The notes under the pieces are model-generated. The model had not been told where the DNA came from, did no database searches, and saw nothing but the letters and a program-made list of their open reading frames with translations. Positions 8,903-20,235 of a DNA stretch of 64,000 bases are shown here, one piece after another. Source of the DNA: Gallionella sp. (GTDB lineage: Bacteria; Pseudomonadota; Gammaproteobacteria; Burkholderiales; Gallionellaceae); assembly GCA_028687335.1 (NCBI GenBank), contig JAQUAI010000005.1:49972-113971 (forward strand). The letters run 5' to 3'. Position 1 is the first letter of the stretch. Each line of letters starts with the position of its first letter. The translations under genes and the position numbers were made by a program.

Positions 8903-10552
8903 TTAGCCGAGTTGTTGGCCGTGTTCGCGCGTGGCGTGGAAGGCGACTTTGGGCCAGCGTTCCTGTGCCAGTCGCAAGTTCACGCCGGTATCGGCGAGGT
9001 AGGCATAGTTGCCGTCCACGTCTTTGGCGAGGCGCCCCTGATTGGCTTTGACGAATTCGTTGAGGTGGTTGGTGTCGGCGCAAGTTACCCAGCGTGCCGT
9101 GTGGATGCCTGCACGCTCGAACACCGCATCAACACCGTATTCGGCTTTTAGGCGATGCTCGACCACTTCGAATTGCAACTGGCCGACCGCGCCAATTAGC
9201 AGGGCGTTATCCAGCAACGGTGCGAACACCTGTACCGCGCCTTCTTCACCCAATTGGCGCAAGCCCTTTTCCAATTGCTTGGCTTTCATCGGATCGCGTA
9301 GGCGCGCGCGGCTGAAAAGCTCCGGTGCGAAGTAGGGGATGCCTTTGAACGTGAGTGCTTCGCCTTCGGTAAGCACGTCGCCGATCTGTAACTGGCCGTG
9401 GTTGTGTACGCCGATGATGTCGCCCGCAAATGCCTCGTCCAGACGCGAACGTTCGTTAGCCATGAAGGTGACGGCATTCGCCAGCTTCATCTCTTTACCA
9501 GTGCGGCGGTGTTTGACTTTCATGCCCGAGGTGTATTGCCCGGAACACACACGCATAAAGGCAATGCGGTCGCGGTGATTCGGATCCATGTTGGCCTGAA
9601 TCTTGAATACAAAGCCGGTGAAAGCGGGTTCGGTCGGTTGCACCATGCGTTTGTCGGTGGCGCGCGGCAAAGGAGCCGGAGCCCAGTCCACCAGCGCTTG
9701 CAGAATTTCGCGCACGCCGAAGTTGTTTACGCCAGAGCCAAAAAATACTGGCGATTGTTGCCCCTTGAGAAATTCATCCAGATCGAACGATGCGCCCGCG
9801 CCCATAATCAGCTCGCTCTCGTCGCGCATGGTCTGCATTTCGCTCGGCGCTTCCTGCGCCATCTTGTCGATATCCGCTCCGCGCAACACTTCAACGTCCT
9901 GATCGGCTTTTTCTTCGCCGGGCACAAAACGCAGCACTTCGTCATTCAGCAAGTGATACACGCCACGGAAGCGTTTGCCCATGCCGATAGGCCAGGTGAC
10001 AGGGGCGCATTTGATTTTCAGCACGGATTCGATCTCGTCCAGCACCTCCAACGGCTCGCGCACTTCGCGGTCCATCTTGTTGATGAAGGTGATGATCGGT
10101 GTGTTGCGCAAGCGGCACACTTCCAACAGCTTGATGGTTTGCGCTTCCACACCTTTGGCGGCATCCACCACCATCACAGCGGCATCCACGGCGGTTAGCA
10201 CACGATACGTGTCTTCGGAAAAGTCTTGGTGACCCGGTGTGTCGAGCAGGTTGATGACGCAATCGTCGAAGGTGAATTGCATCACCGAGCTGGCGACCGA
10301 GATGCCGCGCTGTTTTTCGATTTCGAGCCAGTCGGAGGTGGCATGGCGGCCGCTTTTACGCGCCTTTACCGTGCCCGCCATCTGAATCGCGCCGCCGAAT
10401 AGCAGCAGCTTTTCGGTCAGCGTGGTTTTACCCGCGTCGGGGTGGGAGATGATCGCGAAGGTGCGGCGGCGTTTGACCTCGCGCGCGATGGCAGCATCGG
10501 CTACGGGGGCAGATGCTGCGGATGTCGCGCTGTCGTTTACTTGATCGGTCAT
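8903..10552 (-). CDS. prfC: Peptide chain release factor 3
   Basis: [29 protein letters not shown]; probable start MTDQVN at 10552. Confidence 0.97.
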   Translation of the reverse strand: MTDQVNDSATSAASAPVADAAIAREVKRRRTFAIISHPDAGKTTLTEKLLLFGGAIQMAGTVKARKSGRHATSDWLEIEKQRGISVASSVMQFTFDDCVINLLDTPGHQDFSEDTYRVLTAVDAAVMVVDAAKGVEAQTIKLLEVCRLRNTPIITFINKMDREVREPLEVLDEIESVLKIKCAPVTWPIGMGKRFRGVYHLLNDEVLRFVPGEEKADQDVEVLRGADIDKMAQEAPSEMQTMRDESELIMGAGASFDLDEFLKGQQSPVFFGSGVNNFGVREILQALVDWAPAPLPRATDKRMVQPTEPAFTGFVFKIQANMDPNHRDRIAFMRVCSGQYTSGMKVKHRRTGKEMKLANAVTFMANERSRLDEAFAGDIIGVHNHGQLQIGDVLTEGEALTFKGIPYFAPELFSRARLRDPMKAKQLEKGLRQLGEEGAVQVFAPLLDNALLIGAVGQLQFEVVEHRLKAEYGVDAVFERAGIHTARWVTCADTNHLNEFVKANQGRLAKDVDGNYAYLADTGVNLRLAQERWPKVAFHATREHGQQLG

Positions 10553-10579
10553 ATGCAATGGGCAACCCGGAAAAAACAA

Positions 10580-10600
10580 ATGCCCGAACGAGTCGGGCAT
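10580..10600 (-). terminator. Hairpin downstream of tRNA-Phe
   Basis: ATGCCCGA-acgag-TCGGGCAT followed by a T-rich tract on the - strand. Confidence 0.6.
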
Positions 10601-10609
10601 CTTTCAATC

Positions 10610-10685
10610 TGGTGGCTCGGGGCGGAATCGAACCACCGACACGCGGATTTTCAATCCGCTGCTCTACCAACTGAGCTACCGAGCC
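10610..10685 (-). tRNA. tRNA-Phe (GAA)
   Basis: GGCTCGGTAGCTCAGTTGGTAGAGCAGCGGATTGAAAATCCGCGTGTCGGTGGTTCGATTCCGCCCCGAGCCACCA; 76 nt, cloverleaf, CCA end. Confidence 0.98.
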
Positions 10686-10795
10686 ATACTTGTACAACTT
10701 TGCTTGTTAAGAACCGCATAAAGCGGCTGTCGTCCCAAACGAAGGCGCGCATTGTAGCCATAAGATGCATTCAGGGCAAACTGTTTTTCGATGCC

Positions 10796-10825
10796 AAAAC
10801 AAACCCCGCCGAAGCGGGGTTGTTT
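10796..10825. terminator. Intrinsic terminator (copy 1)
   Basis: AACCCCGC-CGAA-GCGGGGTT with A/T flanks; 26 bp identical to 11483-11508. Confidence 0.8.
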
Positions 10826-10854
10826 GTGGCTTTCAATGTCGTAGCGGTTGGGAA

Positions 10855-11244
10855 TTAACGTCCGCCGCGTCCGCCACCCATGCCTTTACCACTGCCGCCG
10901 CCTTGCCCACTACCTTGTCCGCCGCCATTGCCGCGTCCCATGCCGCTTTGCCCACCATTGGGGCGGCCAGATTCATTAATGCTCTGCCCTAACTCGGCTG
11001 CGCGTTGCTGCATTTTCTCGTGCTGTGCGGCTTTCAGTTGCTCGCGTTCTTCCGTAGAGTTTGCATTGCGCATTTTTTCCCGTTGGGCATCGCGCTCTTC
11101 TGCGGTCATCATTTCTTGGCCGGTTTTTTGGCGTGTCTGGGTCTGGTTTGGCGCGGGTGTGGTGGTGACATCGTCCGCTATGGCAAGGCCGCTGCCCAGT
11201 AGTGCGGTTGCAAAAAATAGATTGAGTACGGTGGCTTTTTTCAT
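10855..11244 (-). CDS. Small exported helical protein with Gly-rich tail (Spy/CpxP-like architecture)
   Basis: Signal peptide MKKATVLNLFFATALLGSGLAIA; MMTAEERDAQREKMR repeat-like helix; Gly-rich C-terminus; CAGGAG RBS. Confidence 0.75.
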   Translation of the reverse strand: MKKATVLNLFFATALLGSGLAIADDVTTTPAPNQTQTRQKTGQEMMTAEERDAQREKMRNANSTEEREQLKAAQHEKMQQRAAELGQSINESGRPNGGQSGMGRGNGGGQGSGQGGGSGKGMGGGRGGR

Positions 11245-11399
11245 GATGTTCTCCTGATTTTTTGATTGGCTTGTTTCCGCAGCGCTAACTCTTTAAGAAC
11301 TGCCTTGAACGATTTTGGATTCGAGTTAACGTGATCACAGTGTCCGCAGATTCACGGTTTAGTTAAGTGACTTAGGTCACATAGCGAGTGCTATGTTTT

Positions 11400-11414
11400 G
11401 TTACCAGTTGTTAC
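11400..11414 (-). promoter_or_regulatory. GTAAC-N5-GTAAC direct repeat, OmpR/CpxR-type box
   Basis: The - strand reads GTAACAACTGGTAAC, upstream of the exported protein gene; it resembles the CpxR consensus GTAAA-N5-GTAAA. Confidence 0.45.
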
Positions 11415-11482
11415 AGCAGGCATGGGCACATGTACTTGGTTTGGCAGTGCGATAGGAGAAATCGTAAAAATGCGGGCGCGCA

Positions 11483-11512
11483 AAAACAAACCCCGCCGAA
11501 GCGGGGTTTGTT
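11483..11512. terminator. Intrinsic terminator of groESL (copy 2)
   Basis: AACAAACCCCGC-CGAA-GCGGGGTTTGTT. Confidence 0.85.
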
Positions 11513-11528
11513 AGGTGCTAAAAGCGCC

Positions 11529-11708
11529 TGAACCGTAGCGAGCGGCCTGAGTGCAAGGCGCACGGAGCGCAGAAACCGGAATGTGCAAATGGCACATGAG
11601 GATTTCGAGCACCGCGCAACGCTGCAATCAGGTCGCGCATAACCAATGACTTAGTTGGCGTAGTTTGCCAACTTAGTCAGATGGCTAGTTGCTCCATCAG
11701 TAGGTTCA
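11529..11708. repeat. ERIC-like palindromic miniature element with a possible nested insert, abutting the groEL stop
   Basis: Ends TGAACC/GGTTCA; arms GCGGCCTGAGTGCA / TGCAATCAGGTCGC; CAAGGCG...CAACGC frame and central ATGTGC-N5-GCACAT hairpin. Confidence 0.65.
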
Positions 11709-11709
11709 A

Positions 11710-13383
<1,674 letters not shown>

Positions 13384-13411
13384 TTAAGCTTGGGGCTACG
13401 CTAAACAGCGA

Positions 13412-13702
13412 TTACGCCTCAACCACGCCGATGATGTCGTCTTCACGCATCGTCAGCAGTTCTTGACCGTCCAGCTTGAAAGCTTGGCCGGAGTATTTGC
13501 CGAACATGACTTTGTCGCCAACCTTGACGCTCATAGGACGCAATTTGCCGTCTTCACCGATTTTGCCGTTACCGACAGCGATGATTTCGCCTTGGTCTGG
13601 CTTTTCTGTGGCCGCATCGGGGATCACGATACCGGACGCGGTTTTGCGCTCTTCTTCCATGCGCTTAACAATAACGCGGTCGCTCAAAGGACGGATTTTC
13701 AT
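13412..13702 (-). CDS. groS: Co-chaperonin GroES
   Basis: [14 protein letters not shown]...TASGIVIPD. Confidence 0.99.
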   Translation of the reverse strand: MKIRPLSDRVIVKRMEEERKTASGIVIPDAATEKPDQGEIIAVGNGKIGEDGKLRPMSVKVGDKVMFGKYSGQAFKLDGQELLTMREDDIIGVVEA

Positions 13703-13761
13703 GCTTAGTTCTCCTAAATCAGTGGGTTAATCGAATGCGAAGGCCTAAGGCGACTTGTGTT

Positions 13762-13788
13762 TTAGCACTCTAGGCCAGCGGCTGCTAA
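13762..13788. promoter_or_regulatory. CIRCE-like inverted repeat (HrcA operator)
   Basis: TTAGCACTC-N9-GGCTGCTAA versus consensus TTAGCACTC-N9-GAGTGCTAA (2 mismatches). Confidence 0.8.
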
Positions 13789-13790
13789 TA

Positions 13791-13817
13791 ATAGGGATGC
13801 CCCTGCCCGTTTTCAAG
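13791..13817 (-). promoter_or_regulatory. Sigma32-type promoter of groESL
   Basis: The - strand reads CTTGAAA-N14-CCCTAT. Confidence 0.75.
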
Positions 13818-13890
13818 AGCAGGGGAGGTATTTGTTAAAAATAAATATAGCGGAAGACAAGAATCTCCCAAGGAGCCTCATCGGGCCGCA

Positions 13891-14982
13891 CTATATTTTA
13901 CTTACGTCATTGCGACGAAGAGGCATACCACGGCTAGTGTCCCATTCTTTTTTCGGAACCATCCCGATAACCTCGTCCTTCATACCCTCTGGCAGTAGTA
14001 ATGCACCTTCCCGCGTGAAGTTCGCCATCATGTCGTTGCGCTCGTTAAGTGCATCTGCCGCCAATATGACCAACCCGGGATTATCTTCCAGCAACACCTC
14101 CAGAATTGCACCAGCCTGACGCAAATCCTTGTCCGCTTTCGCCTTCATGCCGGAAGGCCGAAACTGCGAGATCGCCAGCTTGTGCAAAGCAAAGCGTGCC
14201 GGATCGGGAACGCGGACCGGTATTCCCGCGCCGTGCAGAATAACCGCTGGCTGGTGGTTCTCAATCAGATAATCCATATACTCAAGCGGCTGCGCATGGA
14301 CGGAAAGCTGTTCGATCAGCACTGGCACCTTGTCTGCCGCAGATTCTCGGGTTGTCAGAAACTCGACCTTGAATCCATCACTCGCAATCAGCTCGAACGG
14401 AACCGATGAAGGAAGCAGTTGTGGTGGAGTCTTGAGGCTTGGATCTACACGTCGCAGGTCATCGCCGATGTTGCGCGCCACCCCGATCTGAATGCCACGT
14501 TCAATGGAGAAATCGATGTCCTCGGTTCTCAGTAGGGCAGAATTGAATAAAACGCCCAGCATATTCCCGTAACAGGCAAATGCGAACGAGCCAACGAGAA
14601 CGCCGCCGCCATCGAAGACCCCCGCAGATGCCATGCTGTCGATGATTTTCGCGGGCCGACCTTTTTCGATAGCGGCGCCACCGACTGATAGCATGGCTAC
14701 CAGCCGCTTTCGTTCTTCTAGTATCTTGGACGCATCCGCTTTCGCTTCCCGTGAGCTCTCCACCTGCTTGAGGATATCCGGGGTCTCCCGCCCGATACAG
14801 ATCTGCTTCCTTTGGCCAGCTACCTGCGGAGTCTGGAAATACCAGTAGGTCGCCCCTTTGACTGTCTTAGATACGAAGGAGCCGCCAGTCTGTACGGCAA
14901 GACTATCCAGCACCTTCTGCTGGAGATCAGCGTAGAGCGTATTGCAGTTGTCGGGAAGGTGGGAGATCACGGTTATACTCAT
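13891..14982 (-). CDS. GSU2403-family nucleotidyltransferase-fold protein
   Basis: LVGSFAF..YGNMLG and RTEDIDF NTase motif; VPDPARFALHKL...KADKDLRQA; N-terminal YWYFQ segment. Confidence 0.8.
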   Translation of the reverse strand: MSITVISHLPDNCNTLYADLQQKVLDSLAVQTGGSFVSKTVKGATYWYFQTPQVAGQRKQICIGRETPDILKQVESSREAKADASKILEERKRLVAMLSVGGAAIEKGRPAKIIDSMASAGVFDGGGVLVGSFAFACYGNMLGVLFNSALLRTEDIDFSIERGIQIGVARNIGDDLRRVDPSLKTPPQLLPSSVPFELIASDGFKVEFLTTRESAADKVPVLIEQLSVHAQPLEYMDYLIENHQPAVILHGAGIPVRVPDPARFALHKLAISQFRPSGMKAKADKDLRQAGAILEVLLEDNPGLVILAADALNERNDMMANFTREGALLLPEGMKDEVIGMVPKKEWDTSRGMPLRRNDVSKI

Positions 14983-15003
14983 ATTTAATTAAGTGAGTAT
15001 AAC
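14972..15003. promoter_or_regulatory. 10-bp inverted repeat overlapping the start codon (candidate operator)
   Basis: GTTATACTCA-N12-TGAGTATAAC. Confidence 0.55.
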
Positions 15004-15116
15004 TATACAGAGAGGGCATCCCTAATTCAATGTGATGTTGGGGATAAAGCCATCAAACATGCCCTATCCTTGTGCTGACCTGTTGGTATGTCTTCCGCTT
15101 TGTTTGTGGATACCAT

Positions 15117-16367
15117 TTATTTTTGCGGGGGGAGCGCGACTTTATTGTCGGTGCTGAATTGATAGTCTTTGAATACGTGCTCTGCGCTCAGGGGTTGGTA
15201 GCTGCCGTCAGCCAGTTTGTGGCTGGTATCTTTCAGTTTGTAGGTGTAATGGCCGCAAGTCCACAGCTTGAAGTTGCGCATGTGGGTACATAGGCAGGTC
15301 TTATCCATCACGCTGATTTTTTTCTCGTCGGGATGCAGTGCCACTTCACGGTTGTAGGAGTCGATGTACGAGCATTTGCCGTTGGCATCCAGAATGTAGC
15401 CGTAGGATTCGCAGCCGGGGCGAATGCCGGAGCCGATGGCGGGGCTATTTTTCAGCATTCGCATCGGATAGCCAGTGGGGGAAACGCCGTTGACTTCGAT
15501 GTCGTTTTCGCTTGCGCGGAAATATTCTTGCAGCACATCGGCGGGCAAACCGCATTCGGTGGTGACGGTAAAGCGTGTTGCAACCTGAACGGCTGCCGCG
15601 CCTTCTTCGAGGAAAGCGGTGGCATCGCTGCCGGTGAAGATGCCACCAGCTGGAATGACCGGGATGTCGATTTTTTCGTCGCGCAGGTATTGGTGGATTT
15701 CATTCACGATGGTGCGTAGATCGTATTCTGCCCAGTCCATGCCGAAACCAAGGTGACCACCCGCCAGCGGGCCTTCGACTACGATGTAGTCGGGCAGGCG
15801 GTTGGTCTTGATGTTTTTGCGCAGGAATAGTTGCAGCGCACGCAGTGAGGAAACGATGATGCCCAGCTTGGCATCGCGGAAGCGCGGGTGATCTTCCATT
15901 AGTGTGAACGAGCCAAGGTGCAGACCTGCGGCCAGTGTGATGCCGTCGATCCCAGCGGAGAGCGCTTCGTGCAAACGCACTTTGAGCGTTTCGCGCGGCG
16001 CGTTCATGGTCAGCTTTTCCATGCAGTTGAGGAACACCATGCCTTCGCCGCGTTTGGCTTCCATGGTCTTGCCGATGTGCAGTCGGGTCGATTCCGCGAT
16101 GTGGCCGAGATCGAATTTGATGTCGGTCTTGTCGGAGTTTTCGAGGTTGTATTTGTACTGTTTAAGCTTGGTCTTAACGAAGTCGGTGTCGTAAAGACGG
16201 TCAGTAACAGTGGGCAGCATTGCATCGGAGATGTGTCCGATCCCGCCCAGTCGTGCCGCTTCCAAAGCCAGTTCGGCGGTGGAAATATCCACGCCCATAC
16301 CACCGATCATAATTGGAACGATCTCGCGCTTGCCAAAGCGAAGACGGAAGTCATCTACCCGTTTCAT
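15117..16367 (-). CDS. Nitronate monooxygenase-family flavoprotein
   Basis: PIMIGGMGVDIS, VEGPLAGGHLG, PVIPAGGI, VQVATRF and SPTGYPMR. Confidence 0.88.
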   Translation of the reverse strand: MKRVDDFRLRFGKREIVPIMIGGMGVDISTAELALEAARLGGIGHISDAMLPTVTDRLYDTDFVKTKLKQYKYNLENSDKTDIKFDLGHIAESTRLHIGKTMEAKRGEGMVFLNCMEKLTMNAPRETLKVRLHEALSAGIDGITLAAGLHLGSFTLMEDHPRFRDAKLGIIVSSLRALQLFLRKNIKTNRLPDYIVVEGPLAGGHLGFGMDWAEYDLRTIVNEIHQYLRDEKIDIPVIPAGGIFTGSDATAFLEEGAAAVQVATRFTVTTECGLPADVLQEYFRASENDIEVNGVSPTGYPMRMLKNSPAIGSGIRPGCESYGYILDANGKCSYIDSYNREVALHPDEKKISVMDKTCLCTHMRNFKLWTCGHYTYKLKDTSHKLADGSYQPLSAEHVFKDYQFSTDNKVALPPQK

Positions 16368-16499
16368 TTACTGCATCCCCCCGCTATCGTCACCGGAATT
16401 TTTCTGGTGCGACAGGATTCTGAATTATTCGAGGGGCGAAGGATGCCACAAATCGGCGCTTCCCGGAAAGCGATCACGTTGATTTTGTACGTTGACGGC

Positions 16500-17396
16500 C
16501 TATGCAAGCAGGTGTTGTAAGGCTAGTGTCAGGTTCGGATATTCAAAGCGCTGGCGTGCGGTTTCGAGTTTTCGCGGTAATACGCGCTGGCCTTCCAGCA
16601 GTAAGCTGGCGGCTTCGCCCAAGGTGCTTTTGAGGACAAAGGTCGGCGCCACCAAGGCGGCGGGGCGGTGCAAAACGGCGGCTAATGTCTTGGTGAACTC
16701 GCTGTTGGTAACCGGTTGTGGCGAGGTGAGGTTGTAGGGGCCGCGCATTTGTTCGTCGCGCAGCAAACGTAGCAGCATCGTTAAATAATCGTCGATGTGT
16801 ACCCAGCTCATCCATTGTTTGCCGTCGCCCACGCGTGCGCCCATGCCCATTTTGAACGGTGGCAGCATGCGTTCCAGTAGTCCGCCGTCGGTGCTGAGTA
16901 TCAGTCCGGTGCGCAGCAGGCAGACGCGTACATCAAGTTTTTCGGCGGCGCGTGCGGCATCTTCCCAGGCTTTGCACAATTCGGCGGGGAAGTCGTTACC
17001 AGCGGGACTGTCTTCATCCAGTATTTCATCGTGGTGTCCGCCGTAATAGCCGATGGCCGAGCCGCTGAGCAGCATGGCGGGTTTTTGCCGAGCGGCTGCG
17101 ATGCGGCGTACTAGTTCTTCTGTCAGAGCCACACGGCTGTCCCGCAATACTTTTTTGCGCGCATCCGTCCAGCGTTTATCCACGATAGGCTCGCCAGCCA
17201 GATTGATGACGGCATCGAACGTTTCATCCGCCTGCCATTCGTTCAATGAGGCAAAGGCGCGCACGCCCGCGCCGCATTTTTTGGCCACACTTTCCGGTTT
17301 GCGGCTGAGTACGGTGAGTGTATGTCCTTCGCTGAGCAGTCGTGCGCACAGATGCCGCCCGATCAAGCCTGTTCCTCCGGTGATGAGTACTCGCAT
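16500..17396 (-). CDS. TIGR01777-family NAD-dependent epimerase (YfcH-like)
   Basis: MRVLITGGTGLIG, VINLAGEPI..KRW, GDGKQWMSWVH; probable start 17396. Confidence 0.92.
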   Translation of the reverse strand: MRVLITGGTGLIGRHLCARLLSEGHTLTVLSRKPESVAKKCGAGVRAFASLNEWQADETFDAVINLAGEPIVDKRWTDARKKVLRDSRVALTEELVRRIAAARQKPAMLLSGSAIGYYGGHHDEILDEDSPAGNDFPAELCKAWEDAARAAEKLDVRVCLLRTGLILSTDGGLLERMLPPFKMGMGARVGDGKQWMSWVHIDDYLTMLLRLLRDEQMRGPYNLTSPQPVTNSEFTKTLAAVLHRPAALVAPTFVLKSTLGEAASLLLEGQRVLPRKLETARQRFEYPNLTLALQHLLA

Positions 17397-17434
17397 ACCT
17401 GTTCCTTTGCGATGAAGATGATGCATCTTACGTT

Positions 17435-18763
17435 ATGATTCCATCCATGACATCCAATACCGATTTACTCCGCCGTAGCCTTGATGCCGTCTGGCATCCG
17501 TGCTCCCAAATGAAGCACTACGAACGTTTTCCGCTGGTGCCGATTGCGCGTGGCGAGGGCGTGTGGCTGTACGACTGTAATGGCAAGCGCTATTTGGATA
17601 CGGTGAGTTCTTGGTGGGTGAATCTGTTCGGGCACTGTAATCCGCGTATTAATGCTGCGATTGCCGATCAGCTTGGCAGATTAGAGCACGTCATGCTGGC
17701 TGGATTTACGCATGAGCCGGTGGTGCAATTGTCGGAGCGATTGGGAGCGCTTGCGCCCGCAGGGTTAGGGCACTGTTTCTACGGTTCGGATGGTGCGTCA
17801 GCCACTGAAATTGCGTTGAAGATGAGTGCGCACTACTGGCGCAATCGCGGGCAGGCAGACAAGACGCGTTTTATCAGTCTGAAAAACAGTTATCACGGCG
17901 AGACCTTGGGCGCATTGTCGGTTACCGATGTAGCGCTGTTTCGGGACGCTTACGGTGCGCTGATTACGCAGCAAGCTGTTGTGCCCAGCCCCGATGGCCG
18001 CAATGCCGAAGCGGGGGAATCTGCCGAGGCGTATGCCTTGCGTTGTGCCGAGCAGTTGGAGTTGCATTTGCAACAACATCACGCGCAACTCGCCGCGTTT
18101 ATTATCGAGCCCCTAGTGCAGGGGGCGGCGGGAATGGCGATGTATCACCCAGTGTATTTGCGCCGCGCACGAGAGTTGTGTGCGCAATATGAGGTGCATC
18201 TGATTGCCGATGAAATTGCTGTGGGCATGGGGCGTACAGGAACGATGTTTGCGTGCGAACAGGCGAGTATCGTGCCGGATTTTTTGTTGATCTCAAAAGG
18301 TATTACTGGCGGTTATTTGCCGCTGTCTATCGTGATGACGAGCGATCCGGTTTATCAGGCGTTCTACGCTGATGAAACCGCTCGCGGATTTTTGCATTCG
18401 CATTCCTACACGGGTAATCCACTGGCTTGTCGTGCTGCATTGGCAACGCTGGATATATTTGCCGAGGATGATGTGTTGCGAGCCAATCGTGACAAGACGC
18501 GCGAACTTAATCGGCTTGCCGCGCCGTTGCGCGAGCATCCAAAGGTGAAGCATTTTCGCAATACCGGCATGATCTGGGCGTTCGAGGTGGAATCGCCACA
18601 CGTGGATTTTGCGCAGCGTTGTTTTATGCTTGCGCTGGAACACGAGTTGCTGCTGCGCCCGATGGGTAAGACGGTGTATTTCATGCCGCCCTACGTTATT
18701 GATGCGGCGGAAATGCAGTTGCTGGTGGCGCGCACATTGAAGATTATTGAGACGCTGACATGA
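17435..18763 (+). CDS. bioA: Adenosylmethionine-8-amino-7-oxononanoate aminotransferase
   Basis: VWHPCSQM, SSWWVN, YHGET, IADEIAVG.GRTG, SKGITGG and HSHSYTGNPL. Confidence 0.95.
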   Translation: MIPSMTSNTDLLRRSLDAVWHPCSQMKHYERFPLVPIARGEGVWLYDCNGKRYLDTVSSWWVNLFGHCNPRINAAIADQLGRLEHVMLAGFTHEPVVQLSERLGALAPAGLGHCFYGSDGASATEIALKMSAHYWRNRGQADKTRFISLKNSYHGETLGALSVTDVALFRDAYGALITQQAVVPSPDGRNAEAGESAEAYALRCAEQLELHLQQHHAQLAAFIIEPLVQGAAGMAMYHPVYLRRARELCAQYEVHLIADEIAVGMGRTGTMFACEQASIVPDFLLISKGITGGYLPLSIVMTSDPVYQAFYADETARGFLHSHSYTGNPLACRAALATLDIFAEDDVLRANRDKTRELNRLAAPLREHPKVKHFRNTGMIWAFEVESPHVDFAQRCFMLALEHELLLRPMGKTVYFMPPYVIDAAEMQLLVARTLKIIETLT

Positions 18764-20142
18764 GATTATTTTTTTCCTTATTGCTACTGGGCATCTTCTG
18801 CGGTGAAGCACAGGCGGCGTTGCCCACGACCGTCAAACGCGAGTTGAAGCAAGCCGGTATTCCGCAGGAGGCCATTGCGGTCGTGGTACAGGAAGTTGCC
18901 ACGAGAAAATCGTTGTTGAGCATGAACGCAGAACGTTCGATGAACCCCGCATCAACCATGAAGCTGCTTACCACTTATGCTGCGCTCGATTTGCTCGGCC
19001 CAGCCTACACTTGGAAGACCGAGGCTTATCTCGACGGCGAGTTGAAAGACGGTGTGTTGCAGGGAAATTTGGTGTTGAAGGGTTATGGCGATCCCAAGCT
19101 GACGGTGGAGCAGTTCTGGTTGTGGCTCGCCGAGTTGCGCGCGCGCGGCTTGCGTGACATACGCGGTGATCTGGTGCTGGATCGCAGCTACTTTGCACTG
19201 CCGCCATTTGACGCGGGCGCATTCGATAACGATCCGGTGCGCGCCTACAACGTCGGCCCGGATGCGCTGTTGCTCAATTTCAATACCTTGCGTTTGCGTT
19301 ATGCGCCGGAGGGGGGCAAGTTGAATATTGTTAGCGAACCGCCGCTGGACGGCTTTCGCTTCGACAATCAGCTAGTGCCGCAAGCAAATGTGACTTGCGA
19401 CGTGTGGGACGACGGTATTCGAGTGCAGCCCGGGGGCGACAGCGTGCGATTCGAAGGGGGTTATCCGGCTGAGTGCGGAGAGCGCGAACATAGTCTGAGC
19501 GTGATGCCGCATGCGCGCTACGTCGATGCCGTGTTTCGTGCGCTATGGAAAAATCTCGGCGGTACCTTGCACGGTGCCTTGCGCGAGCAGACTGTCGGTG
19601 CCAATGCGAAACTGTTTTCCACGCATCGTTCCGAACCGCTCAGCCTCACCATTCGAGATATCAATAAATTCAGCAACAACGTCATGGCACGGCAGTTGTT
19701 CCTGACGCTGGGGGCAACTGATCAAGCCGATATTGAGCGTGGCGTGCAGGCAGTGGAATCTTGGCTACACACACAGCGGCTCGACTTCCCCGAGTTGGTA
19801 TTGGAGAACGGCGCGGGGCTGTCGCGCCAAGAGCGCATCAGCGCCGCGCATATGGCGCAGTTGCTGCAACACGCCAACGCGCATCCACTTAGTGCGGAAT
19901 TTCAGGCTTCGTTGCCGATACTTGGAGTCGATGGTTCGGTCAAAAAACGTCTGAAAGAAAGTCCGGCTGCCAGCCACGCGCATTTGAAAACCGGCACACT
20001 GACCGGCGTGAAAACGATTGCGGGTTATGTTAAGTCGCGCGGCGGGCGGGAGTGGGTGGTGGTGTTCTTCATCAATCATGCCAATGCGCAACGTGGTCAG
20101 GCGGCACAGGATGCTTTGATCGAGTGGGTACAGCAACGCTGA
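18760..20142 (+). CDS. dacB: D-Ala-D-Ala carboxypeptidase/endopeptidase PBP4
   Basis: PASTMK (SxxK), SNN (SxN) and KTG. Confidence 0.95.
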   Translation: MRLFFSLLLLGIFCGEAQAALPTTVKRELKQAGIPQEAIAVVVQEVATRKSLLSMNAERSMNPASTMKLLTTYAALDLLGPAYTWKTEAYLDGELKDGVLQGNLVLKGYGDPKLTVEQFWLWLAELRARGLRDIRGDLVLDRSYFALPPFDAGAFDNDPVRAYNVGPDALLLNFNTLRLRYAPEGGKLNIVSEPPLDGFRFDNQLVPQANVTCDVWDDGIRVQPGGDSVRFEGGYPAECGEREHSLSVMPHARYVDAVFRALWKNLGGTLHGALREQTVGANAKLFSTHRSEPLSLTIRDINKFSNNVMARQLFLTLGATDQADIERGVQAVESWLHTQRLDFPELVLENGAGLSRQERISAAHMAQLLQHANAHPLSAEFQASLPILGVDGSVKKRLKESPAASHAHLKTGTLTGVKTIAGYVKSRGGREWVVVFFINHANAQRGQAAQDALIEWVQQR

Positions 20143-20235
20143 GAGGCTCGACGATGGCGACCAGATGTTGTGGGAGCGCGATTCATGGCGTGATTGCTTT
20201 GCCATAATTTTATCGCGCGATAAATCACATTTCTA

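Noticed and set aside
8903-10685. Element integrated at prfC or tRNA-Phe
   Set aside because: No duplicated att sequence or integrase nearby.
13792-15024. 11-bp inverted repeat (TAGGGATGCCC / GGGCATCCCTA) as transposon ends around the NTase gene
   Set aside because: It is short, the left copy is part of the groES promoter, and there is no target duplication or transposase; it may be chance.
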